From assembly GCA_020184695.1 (NCBI GenBank), contig JAANOX010000117.1, forward strand, positions 248,001 to 312,000: a stretch of 64,000 nt of DNA, given 5' to 3'. Of the stretch, positions 55,149 to 64,000 are shown in pieces. The notes below the pieces were generated by a model. It had not been told where the DNA came from and searched no databases. It worked only from the letters and a program-made list of their open reading frames with translations. Origin of the DNA: Histomonas meleagridis 2922-C6/04-290x (lineage: Eukaryota; Protista; Parabasalia). A program made the position numbers and the translations under genes. Positions within the stretch are counted from its first letter, which is position 1. The number at the start of each line of letters is the position of its first letter.

Positions 55149-56468
55149 ATGGAAAGTAAACTGAATCCCCAGAAAGAGAAATCAAGAAGACAACGACCTT
55201 TGACTTGTTGTATTTGTAACAAGATAACCACGTTTCCAATAGTTACATTAAAATGTTGTGGCTCAATTGCATGTAAAAAATGTCTTCTTAATTATCTTCA
55301 ATATTCATCATTTTGTCCAAAATGTGGAACACAGATACAAAACAATAAGAATCAAGACAAGTCAATTTGTCCAAAACATAAAAAACAATATGAATATCGT
55401 TGCAATACATGTAATGTCTTCCTTTGTCCTGATTGCTTATTTGAACAATTAACATCACAAGATATGACACATAGCGGTCATCAAATCAGCAAAATATCAG
55501 AATTTTATAAAAATACTAAAGAAAAGATAAATGAAAAAATATCAAAATTACAAATAGAACAAGAAAAACTTAAAGTAAAAATACAGAAACTTAAAAAGCT
55601 ACGATATGAAGCATCAGCTGCAAAAGATGAGATATTTATTGAGTCAAATTCATCATTTCGCATTCTTCAAAATCACCTTGAAGAAGCGTACACTCAAAAG
55701 CAAAAGGATTATAGTGATACTTATGACAAACTTGAAAACCAAATGAAAAATATACAACTTGCAATTGAAGAAGCGGAATTAATATTAACAAATAATGATC
55801 AAAAATCTGCTATTGCCGGTGAAGAGTTTCTCCAAAAGATGGATAAAACTCTTGATGATTATAAACCCGTAATTGTAGGTCCTCCATCTACAGAATGGAC
55901 AAACGAACTTGTACCTCCGTTTAAAAAGTTGAAATTCAAGATACCAAACTTCAAACAATATCATGACATGTTTAAGAAATGCAAAAACGAAGATGTTCGA
56001 TACTTATATTCACCAAATGCGAAATTATATGGAGCGGTTTGGAGGGCAAAAATTTACCCTAACGGAAACTCAAACGGTCTCCAAACCCATCTATCGGTTT
56101 ACATTGAATTGATCAAAGGGATTTCGTCTTCATCTTTTGTTTATAGGGTTGAAATCGAAAGTAAGAAACCTAATTATGAGAAAGTAGTGAAACAATATGT
56201 TTCAACTTTTGAAGAAATGGATTCATGGGGTTGGAATAAAGTGATTCCATTAGAAACATTATTCGACGGATACATTGATGAAAATGGTTCTGTTTCGTTT
56301 GAAATAAGCTTAAGGCCAGAGTCGTACCTCGTATGCGCAAGAAGAAGTGCAGAAGAACTTGAAAAAGTTAAAGAAAAATGTAAAAAATTAAAACAAGAAC
56401 TAAGGGAAAAAGGAGTTGATCCAAATAGCGAATGTGTGTCAGAAACAAATGAAATAAATAATGTTTGA
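55149..56468 (+). CDS. RING/B-box/coiled-coil/MATH protein (TRIM37-like E3 ligase)
   Basis: CCIC...CCGSIACKKC...CPKC (RING-like), CPKH...CNTCNVFLCPDC...H (B-box), coiled coil, WRAKIYPNG...HLSVYIEL...SWGWNK (MATH). Confidence 0.9.
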   Translation: MESKLNPQKEKSRRQRPLTCCICNKITTFPIVTLKCCGSIACKKCLLNYLQYSSFCPKCGTQIQNNKNQDKSICPKHKKQYEYRCNTCNVFLCPDCLFEQLTSQDMTHSGHQISKISEFYKNTKEKINEKISKLQIEQEKLKVKIQKLKKLRYEASAAKDEIFIESNSSFRILQNHLEEAYTQKQKDYSDTYDKLENQMKNIQLAIEEAELILTNNDQKSAIAGEEFLQKMDKTLDDYKPVIVGPPSTEWTNELVPPFKKLKFKIPNFKQYHDMFKKCKNEDVRYLYSPNAKLYGAVWRAKIYPNGNSNGLQTHLSVYIELIKGISSSSFVYRVEIESKKPNYEKVVKQYVSTFEEMDSWGWNKVIPLETLFDGYIDENGSVSFEISLRPESYLVCARRSAEELEKVKEKCKKLKQELREKGVDPNSECVSETNEINNV

Positions 56469-56648
56469 TAAGGAAATCGATTTCGTTTTGACAACAGTTC
56501 GCAATTGAAAAGCAAATTCAGAGGACACAAAAAATCAGAAATTTCATAAATTTATCGCAGTGAAAAAGTTTATCGTTGGTCACCACAAGTTTGAATGAAA
56601 ACTGGTTTCTATCAAATACCAACCTTCCCAGATTGTTCATTTTTTTCG

Positions 56649-58667
56649 ATGCAATTACTTGTAGACAATCCATGGCTTGAACATTGGAGAGGACATATCG
56701 AGTGGCGCCATAGGAACTATGAAGAAGCTAAAGAACGCATTAATAAAGTTGCTGGTTCAATGGACAAGTTTACTCAATCTTACAAAGAATTTGGACTTCA
56801 CCACAATGGTAAATGTATTACTTACAAAGAATGGGCACCTAATGCACGTGAAATCTATCTTGTAGGTGATTTCAATAATTGGAATACTAAAGATCCTAAT
56901 ACAAAATGTACACGTGATGAATATGGGATGTTTACTCTTACTCTTCCTGATGGAAAGGATGGACCAGTTATTCCTCACAATAGCAAAGTTCGTGCACATT
57001 TAGTTCTTTCAAGTGGTGAAGAAGTTTCTCGTATTCCAGCTTGGATCAATTACACATACCAAAACCCAGAGAACTTCAATTTTGATGGCGTTTTCTGGAA
57101 TCCTCCAAATCCATATAAGTTCAAACATCCAACACCAGAACCACCACGTGATTCTAGTCTTTTGATTTATGAGACTCATGTTGGTATGGCTGGCGTTGAA
57201 CCACGTCTTCATACCTACAAAGAATTTACACGCGATGTTCTTCCCATGATTAAGAAAGATGGTTATAATGCCATCCAAATCATGGCCATTATGGAGCATG
57301 CCTATTATGCCTCTTTTGGTTATCAAGTCACATCATTCTTTGCAGCATCATCTCGATTTGGTACACCCGAAGATCTTAAAGAACTCATTGATACAGCGCA
57401 TGGAATGGGCTTGTCTGTCTTTTTAGATCTTATTCATTCACATGCAGCCAAGAATGTTCTTGAAGGCATTAATCATTTTGATGGAACTGATCATCAATAT
57501 TTCCACGAAGGTGGTCGTGGATATCATCCATTATGGGACTCACGTTTATTTAATTATAACCATATCGAAGTACAGCGCTTTTTATTATCAAATTTACGAT
57601 ATTATTTGGACGAATACAAATTTGACGGTTTTCGGTTTGACGGGGTTACCTCAATCATCTATAAGCACCACGGCAACTTATATTCCTTCACATCTTTAGA
57701 TGATTACTTTAATGACTTAGTTGATGAAGAAGCAGTTACCTATTTATATTTAGCTAATGATGTTATTCATAGTGTTCGTCCCGATGCAATCACAATAGCA
57801 GAAGAAGTTAGTGGAATGATAGGACTTGCACGCTCACTTAAGGACGGAGGCTTTGGGTTTGATTATAGGTTAGGAATGGCCGTTCCTGACATGTGGATCA
57901 AGATCTTAAAAGAACAAAAAGATGAAGATTGGAATGTCGGCAACATCACATTCACGTTATCCAATCGTCCGTACAAAGAGAAGACAGTTGCGTATTGCGA
58001 ATCGCATGACCAAGCACTTGTCGGCGATAAGACATTAGCGTTCTGGCTCATGGACAAAGAGATGTACACGCACATGTCGACATTATCACCGCAATCGCTA
58101 ATCATTGATCGCGGGATCGCATTGCACAAGATGATTCGCTTGATAACATTCGGGTTAGGCGGCGAGGCATACTTAACATTCATGGGGAACGAGTTCGGGC
58201 ATCCGGAATGGATCGACTTCCCGCGCGAAGGCAATGGCAACTCGTATCACCATTGCAGAAGGCGATTCGACTTGCCGAAGGACGACTTGCTTAAGTATAA
58301 GTACTTGTTGAACTTCGATAATGACATGTTACAACTGGAACATAAATATAAGTTTATGAGTTCAGGAGATAATGGATATGTAACATTGAAACACGAAGGT
58401 GATAAAGTCGTCGCTTTCGAAAGAGGAAATTTGTTGTTCGTATTCAACTTCCACCCAACGAAAAGCTTCGAGGGTTATTGGATAGGAGTCGAGTGGCACG
58501 CGAAGTTCGAATATGTGCTATGCACTGACGACGAGAGATACGGAGGCTTCAGGAGAATCGACACGAGGACTGTCCCGGAGTCGTACCCAGAGCCGTACCA
58601 AAACAGGAAGTGCAAGATACAGCTGTACTTGCCGTCGAGATCAGCATTCGTATTGAAGAAGTTATAA
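56649..58667 (+). CDS. GBE1: 1,4-alpha-glucan branching enzyme (GH13)
   Basis: EWAPNA, IYETHVG, HAYYASFGYQVT, DLIHSHA, FDGFRFDGVTS, AEEVSG, YCESHDQ, FMGNEFGHPEWIDFPR. ATG at 56649 after Inr TCATTT. Confidence 0.97.
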   Translation: MQLLVDNPWLEHWRGHIEWRHRNYEEAKERINKVAGSMDKFTQSYKEFGLHHNGKCITYKEWAPNAREIYLVGDFNNWNTKDPNTKCTRDEYGMFTLTLPDGKDGPVIPHNSKVRAHLVLSSGEEVSRIPAWINYTYQNPENFNFDGVFWNPPNPYKFKHPTPEPPRDSSLLIYETHVGMAGVEPRLHTYKEFTRDVLPMIKKDGYNAIQIMAIMEHAYYASFGYQVTSFFAASSRFGTPEDLKELIDTAHGMGLSVFLDLIHSHAAKNVLEGINHFDGTDHQYFHEGGRGYHPLWDSRLFNYNHIEVQRFLLSNLRYYLDEYKFDGFRFDGVTSIIYKHHGNLYSFTSLDDYFNDLVDEEAVTYLYLANDVIHSVRPDAITIAEEVSGMIGLARSLKDGGFGFDYRLGMAVPDMWIKILKEQKDEDWNVGNITFTLSNRPYKEKTVAYCESHDQALVGDKTLAFWLMDKEMYTHMSTLSPQSLIIDRGIALHKMIRLITFGLGGEAYLTFMGNEFGHPEWIDFPREGNGNSYHHCRRRFDLPKDDLLKYKYLLNFDNDMLQLEHKYKFMSSGDNGYVTLKHEGDKVVAFERGNLLFVFNFHPTKSFEGYWIGVEWHAKFEYVLCTDDERYGGFRRIDTRTVPESYPEPYQNRKCKIQLYLPSRSAFVLKKL

Positions 58668-59816
58668 ATAAATAAAAACTATCAATGAATAATGAAATGA
58701 TTGCAGAGATTTGGAGAGAACTTTATGAATGAAGTGCTATTGAATTAAGGATAAAAACGCGTTAAAAATGAATATATAAATAATTATTTAGAAAATGATG
58801 AAACAGGAAAACATTTGGAAATATCATAAGCATATAAAATGATTGTATAAAGTAAAATGCATTTTTTAGATGAAATATTCGTTGTAATAATGAGTAGAAA
58901 TTGGTTTAACTGATCATTTAAGTGGTAATTCAGTTAAATTGGTTATATCATTTTAAAAGAATTATGAAAACAAATAAAATAAATATTAATAAAATTAAGA
59001 AGGATGTTTTTCAGATTTTTTTGTTGAGCAAAAGTGATGAAAGAAGAAAATTGAACAAAATAATGCATTCTTTGTGGCAATTTCTATAAATCATAAAAAT
59101 ATGCGATAAAGATTGTGATACACCGATTCTGTATATATTGTCAAGCATTTTAAAATGACTTTATTTTGAAATTAAGAAATTAGTATATATCTGATTATCA
59201 TACTGAAAAATATTAATGATAATACATCTATATGCATTCAAATTCAATAACTTAACCTGAACCTTCCGCTCTGATATTACATTGGTTAATAATAATGAAT
59301 GGAGATTTTTATTGCTACATCACTGATTTGACCCAGATACGATAGAATATCGATATTTTATAGCGACTGAGCAGTTGGCCTCAGATAAATTTCAATATAC
59401 ACGATACAAAGTAACAGTACACAATAAATTTCAAATACGGACCGTCGAAAAATTATTTCAATTTTGAATTTCGGAAGTTTATTGGCTCAAAAAGGCATCT
59501 GTCAGCGACCGTTGTTTGCAAAGGCAAAAAAATAATATGAAAAATAAAAGTATCTTATTACATAATGAATATTTCAAGATTTTTCAGGAAAATAATGGCG
59601 ACCTACCTATATTTGATAATATTTATTATTCAATCTCTAATATATTTTGGAGAAATTGGATTTTTTGTGTTTTATTCCAATCAGAATGCATTCAAAAAGC
59701 AAAATTTTCTTTGTATATAAAAACGTTCCATTTCAATAGTGCTTTATTTAATTTCTTCAGGAACGGTCCAGATTTTCTGGAAATTGACAAATTGATAAAT
59801 CTTACCAGAATACCCC

Positions 59817-60845
59817 ATGCTCCTTAAACAAGTACCTCAAATCAGCCTTACAGAGATCCAAGAAGTGCTTCCCGAGCATCACTATCATTATTCACGGCCA
59901 ATTAATGCAGGTGGTTTCGGATCAGTTTTCCTTGTACTTTCTGATAAATATAACCAGGAATTTTGCATTAAGCGTATTAAACAACCCGAATCCGCATTTG
60001 ATGAAACAAAAAACGAGGCAACAACATTAATCAGATTATGTCATCCAAATATAATATCAATGTACGAATTTTTCTTTGATAGTACACGCACAAGTTTATA
60101 TATTGTATTAGAATATTGCAGTGGGGGATCATTAAAAGATTTAATTGAACGTGAGGGTCCTATTAAACCCCCAAAATTATATTCTTATTGTTATCAAATA
60201 ATGAAAGCATTGCTATATTGTCACGAGCAGAATGTTGCGCACAGAGACATAAAGCCTGCAAACATTCTCTTGGACAACTATGGGAGACCAAAACTTGCAG
60301 ATTTCGGACTAAGTCAAAAGTTGGAAAAAGGCGAAAACATTAAAAGCTATGCTGGTTCACGTCCATTTATGGCACCAGAAGTCATTAGCTACCAAAATGC
60401 AGATCCATTTTTAGCCGACATTTGGTCCCTTGGGATAACATTTTACACGATTGCGTTTGGGAAGCTTCCATGGTCATTTCATAACAGTGAAGAATTAGAA
60501 ATGGCAATCAAAATTGGTGTTTTTTCTTTTCCTTCTTATGCCGAACCAGAATTTTGTAAATTAATTCGATCGATGACTGCAATTAATCCGCTCAAAAGGG
60601 AACCATTGACAAAACTCCTTCGTTCGCCGATATTTAACAGCATACAAAAGTACAGTAATGTTCCAATGTGCTCTTCACATAATAACTATACAGAAAATTC
60701 GGCTCATCAAAAATTTTCCTATATTCTTCCTTCATCTATTTCACATGGAAATATTATTAGGAGGAGAATGAATAATATGCCATACTTACAGAATAAACAG
60801 AATACAAAAAAAGGCGCAAAGGTCAGAAACACTTTTGCAATGTAA
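59817..60845 (+). CDS. Ser/Thr protein kinase (CAMK-like group)
   Basis: GGFGSV, IKRI, HPNII, HRDIKPANIL, LADFG, FMAPE, DIWSLG. Confidence 0.95.
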   Translation: MLLKQVPQISLTEIQEVLPEHHYHYSRPINAGGFGSVFLVLSDKYNQEFCIKRIKQPESAFDETKNEATTLIRLCHPNIISMYEFFFDSTRTSLYIVLEYCSGGSLKDLIEREGPIKPPKLYSYCYQIMKALLYCHEQNVAHRDIKPANILLDNYGRPKLADFGLSQKLEKGENIKSYAGSRPFMAPEVISYQNADPFLADIWSLGITFYTIAFGKLPWSFHNSEELEMAIKIGVFSFPSYAEPEFCKLIRSMTAINPLKREPLTKLLRSPIFNSIQKYSNVPMCSSHNNYTENSAHQKFSYILPSSISHGNIIRRRMNNMPYLQNKQNTKKGAKVRNTFAM

Positions 60846-61411
60846 TGTTCTAATAAATATCATGTTTGTTTTCATTGTATTATTTTATGGGTAATCCTGC
60901 CTTATATGTTGATTTGGTAATGATGTTTCATTGCCGTATGCTGGTAGAGATTTATTTGTTGAAATCATAATTAATAAGTCTGAGTAGCACTAATTTGAAC
61001 TAATTTTTCATGTGAAAACAGTTGCCGGAATCTATGTTCTCTGTCCTTGCTTATTTTTATATGAACTTGGTTTGACGAGAAAACGCCAGAAATCATGGCA
61101 ACAAAAGGTTGAATTGAATTTGACAAATTACTGCTTTCGAAATTTGTTTGAATCACGAACTGATTACAGAAATTTGAATTAATAACGTTCTTATACATAG
61201 CTTTTCAATAAAAAATTCTCGCTTCAAAACAATGTGAAAATCTTTGCATTTCACCTTCAGAAATTTACGAGGAAAAGAGAGGGGGGAAAAAAATCGAAAA
61301 ACATTTCTTTTTTTCACAAAATAAGATTCACCTCAAAAATTAATTAAGATTAAATTAAGCAACAAAAAAAAAATGTTCAAATAAAAAATTTACATACTAG
61401 GTATAAATCGA

Positions 61412-63581
61412 TTAAAATGATTTAAAATGATAAAATTCACGAGATTTTCTTCTTTTTCGAGTTAGAGGGCGTAATAATTCTGTTATTTCTGTTCGTCCAA
61501 ACCAAGTTGCTTTATCAAGTGCTGTTTGAAATAATATAAACAATTTCCAAAATTTATTTTGAAACATGAAATCCTTGAAATAAATATCAAATAAAACTAT
61601 TAAATATCTTTAGCATTAACATCAATTCCTTTTTGTTTCAGAAGTAATTTAACTATTTCTATGAAACCATTCTGAGAAGCATACATAAGTGCTGTATAAA
61701 ATAATGTAAATGATTTTCAAATATCATTTTAAAATCCAAAATCATTAAAATAAATATTAAATAACGTAATCAAATAAATTTTGCGTTAACATCAATTCCT
61801 TTTTGCTAAAGAAGTAATTTAACCATTTCTATGTTACCATTTTGAGATGCCAAAATAAGTGCTAAACTAAATATTTCATATAATTTTTAAGTATTTTAAA
61901 AAATCAAATTAAAAAATTAAATATCATTAGTATTAATTTTATCTTTACCTTTTTCAAGTAATAATTTCACAATTTCTATGAAGCCATTCTGAGAAGCATA
62001 CATAAGTGCTGTATAAAATATTCTCAATGATTTTTAAATCTTATTTTGAATCATTAGAGTATTAAATAAATAGACATTTTTAACTTCAATATCAATTCCT
62101 TCTTGCTCAAGAAGTAATTTAACTATTTCTATATAACCATATTGAGATGCAATTATGAGTGCTGTTTCAAATGATTTGAACAAGTTTTATATATTCATTT
62201 GCAATACCAAATAAAATGATTAAATATTTTATATGAAAAATAAGCATCATCAACATTAACATCAATGTTTTTTTGCTCAAGAAGTTGTTTTACCATATCT
62301 ATATTATTTTTAAAAGATGCATTCATAAGTGCTGTTGAAAATGTTTAAAATAATTTCCATATATAGAGTTTAAACGAAAAAAGATTAAAATTAATATTAT
62401 TTTGTGCATTTATGTCAATACCATCTTGTTCCAAAACATACTTAACAAGTTCAATATTATCAGAAGCAGCAGAAAAAGTTAATAAATTTTTTGGAATTTT
62501 ATTTTCTTTTAATAAATATTTGATATGAAATATATTTCCATTTCTTGCAGCTTCATAAATAATATCATCACTAATTTTCAAACCTTCATGCAGCAAATAT
62601 GAAAAAATTTCATAATTATGAAACAAAATACATTTCATTGCTAATTTTTCGATACTATTAAATTTACCAATTTTATTTTCATAAAGATATTTAAAAATAC
62701 TATTTCGATGAAATTCAATCGCTGTTTCATATGATTCATTAAATGATGAATAGCTTTGTTTACATAAATGAATTATTTCTTCATTCCCACCTGCTGTTGC
62801 ATATTTGCCTGTATTATTCATATTACAGCCATTTATCATTAAGTATTTAAAACATTGAATTGATCCATAAAATGCATAATCAATAAGTAATACCCAATCA
62901 TTAATAAATGAATGCTTCTCATATAATGAAGGTTTAAGTTTCTGATTAAAATTAAAATTTGTTTGCGATGATAATTCTTGAAGTTTTTCTATATCATCAT
63001 TAATTCGAAATTCGAATTATCTTTGTAATTTCTATTGGATTAACTCCATCTTTTATATATTTCTTATGAAGTTCCCAATTATTCTTTGATAATCCTTCAT
63101 AATTTTCAAAGATTTTTTTAAATGAATAATTATTCTTTTGCTTTTGGACTTCTGATTTAGACATATAATGTGCAAAAAATGGTATTTTTTCCTTCTGGAA
63201 AATTTTTGGTTCAATAAAATTACGTTCAATCAAATGATAAAGAAGATAAAACGATTCTTGTATATCTTTTTCAAGAAGATAATGAGTAAATACATCAAAT
63301 ATTCTTGACTCACTTTTGCAATTTTCCTGCAATACTTCAATTTCATTTAAAAAATCCAAATACACATTAGAATCATCCGATTTTAAGACATATAATAAAT
63401 ATATAATTTGGCTTATGAGAGTATTCAAAGAAAATGGGTATGAATTACCAAATATGTTTATTATAGATTGAACGGAATGTGAAATATTTACCTCTTCTAA
63501 ACCAAAAATTATGTTCTTAATTGATACCAGTGCTTCCCATTCATTAAAAATTTGATTTGACATTGGAGAGTTTTGTTCCAT
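61412..63581 (-). pseudogene. Trichomonad ankyrin-repeat gene (DUF3447-like N-region) with a frameshift and spacer-interrupted ankyrin array
   Basis: The 63581-63011 frame joins the 62839 ORF once a 10-nt insertion is removed. It is followed by ankyrin cores TALMNASFKNNIDMVKQLLEQKNIDVNVDD, TALIIASQYGYIEIVKLLLEQEGIDIEVKN, TALMYASQNGFIEIVKLLL... each separated by AT-rich spacers; ends TALDKATWFGRTEITELL...SF*. Confidence 0.85.
61526..62398 (-). repeat. Tandem array: five 90-nt ankyrin cores alternating with six AT-rich spacers (63, 80, 63, 57, 80, 80 nt)
   Basis: Cores start at 62335, 62165, 62012, 61865, 61695 (final partial core at 61525). Spacers 62398-62336, 62245-62166, 62075-62013, 61922-61866, 61775-61696, 61605-61526. 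Confidence 0.9.
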
Positions 63582-63732
63582 TTATTAAGTAAAAAATGAA
63601 AATGTCGATTTAAACACTAAAAATTGGGTTCTTATTATCTTTGTGTTGTATTAATATTTTAAGATCTCTGAAGTATTTATATTATCGATAAAAGATTTCA
63701 GAATTTGTTAAAGTACGAAATCAATCTGATTT

Positions 63733-64000
63733 TTACTGTTGTAAACTAATTTCTTTAGCAACAAGGTCGAGTTGTTTTTGGCCCTTTGGTGTGATTACAC
63801 GACCACCTTTTTCATCTTTCTTGACATATCCGATTTCTTCTAATTGCTTAAGCATTGTGCGGACAACCTTTCCACTTGCTTGAGCAAAGTGTCTTGGTGC
63901 GGATCCATAATTCTTGTTTCCACCAAATTTATTACGGAGATATTGAACGCTTGTTCCTGGGTGAAGATAAACTGTACGAGCAACTGCAGCTGCACGTGTG
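63733..64000 (-). CDS. RPS19: 40S ribosomal protein S19 (eS19), 5'-truncated by the window edge
   Basis: TRAAAVARTVYLHPGTSVQYLRNKFGG...APRHFAQASGKVVRTMLKQLEEIGYV...GGRVITPKGQKQLDLVA. Confidence 0.95.
   Translation of the reverse strand, partial: TRAAAVARTVYLHPGTSVQYLRNKFGGNKNYGSAPRHFAQASGKVVRTMLKQLEEIGYVKKDEKGGRVITPKGQKQLDLVAKEISLQQ

Noticed and set aside
2219-61198. Numerous short ORFs in the track overlapping real genes on the opposite strand or in other frames (e.g. 3606-3959, 6379-6618, 13763-14236, 18215-18724, 57863-58240, 60971-61198)
   Set aside because: Shadow ORFs with non-ATG starts or antisense to well-supported genes; no independent motifs.
19765-62000. Recurrent in-frame TAG codons suggesting TAG-to-Gln reassignment
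   Set aside because: TAG clearly terminates intact genes here (Rab ends CC-TAG; the LRR, GT11 and Rho genes also end in TAG), and the TAG-bearing genes have other lesions. The standard code applies.
61526-62398. Repeat-spacer periodicity resembling a CRISPR array
   Set aside because: The repeats are 90-nt protein-coding ankyrin cores, the spacers are homologous to each other, there are no cas genes, and the context is eukaryotic.

Overview
AT-rich, gene-dense eukaryotic DNA from a parabasalid protist (Trichomonas/Tritrichomonas-like). The evidence is an IBP39-type initiator-binding protein, TCA(Y)T Inr motifs just upstream of ATGs, a 25-nt trichomonad-type intron in Mob1, BspA-type LRR and ankyrin family genes, and an otherwise almost intron-free gene set. 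The window holds about 30 protein-coding genes: Mob1, ARPC5, GT11 fucosyltransferase, USP, Moco sulfurase, acyltransferase, UBR and HECT E3 ligases, Rho and Rab GTPases, UvrD helicase, TRIM37-like protein, glycogen branching enzyme, a kinase, RPS19 and others. It also has three tRNA genes, one complete 1,460-bp Merlin/IS1595-type transposon with TIRs and an 8-bp TSD, and many decayed genes. The most striking unexplained structure is an ankyrin gene (61412-63581, minus strand). In it, every 90-nt ankyrin core is separated from the next, at the same codon position, by a conserved AT-rich, stop-containing spacer of 57-80 nt that lacks trichomonad splice signals. A homologous spacer occurs in a paralogue about 39 kb away. 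Other highlights are a surface protein whose ectodomain resembles Bacteroidetes type V pilins (fimbrillin), a 28-bp perfect hairpin inside the transposon, and a 5'-to-3' synonymous-codon gradient within several genes. All family assignments come from reading motifs by eye; no database searches were run.
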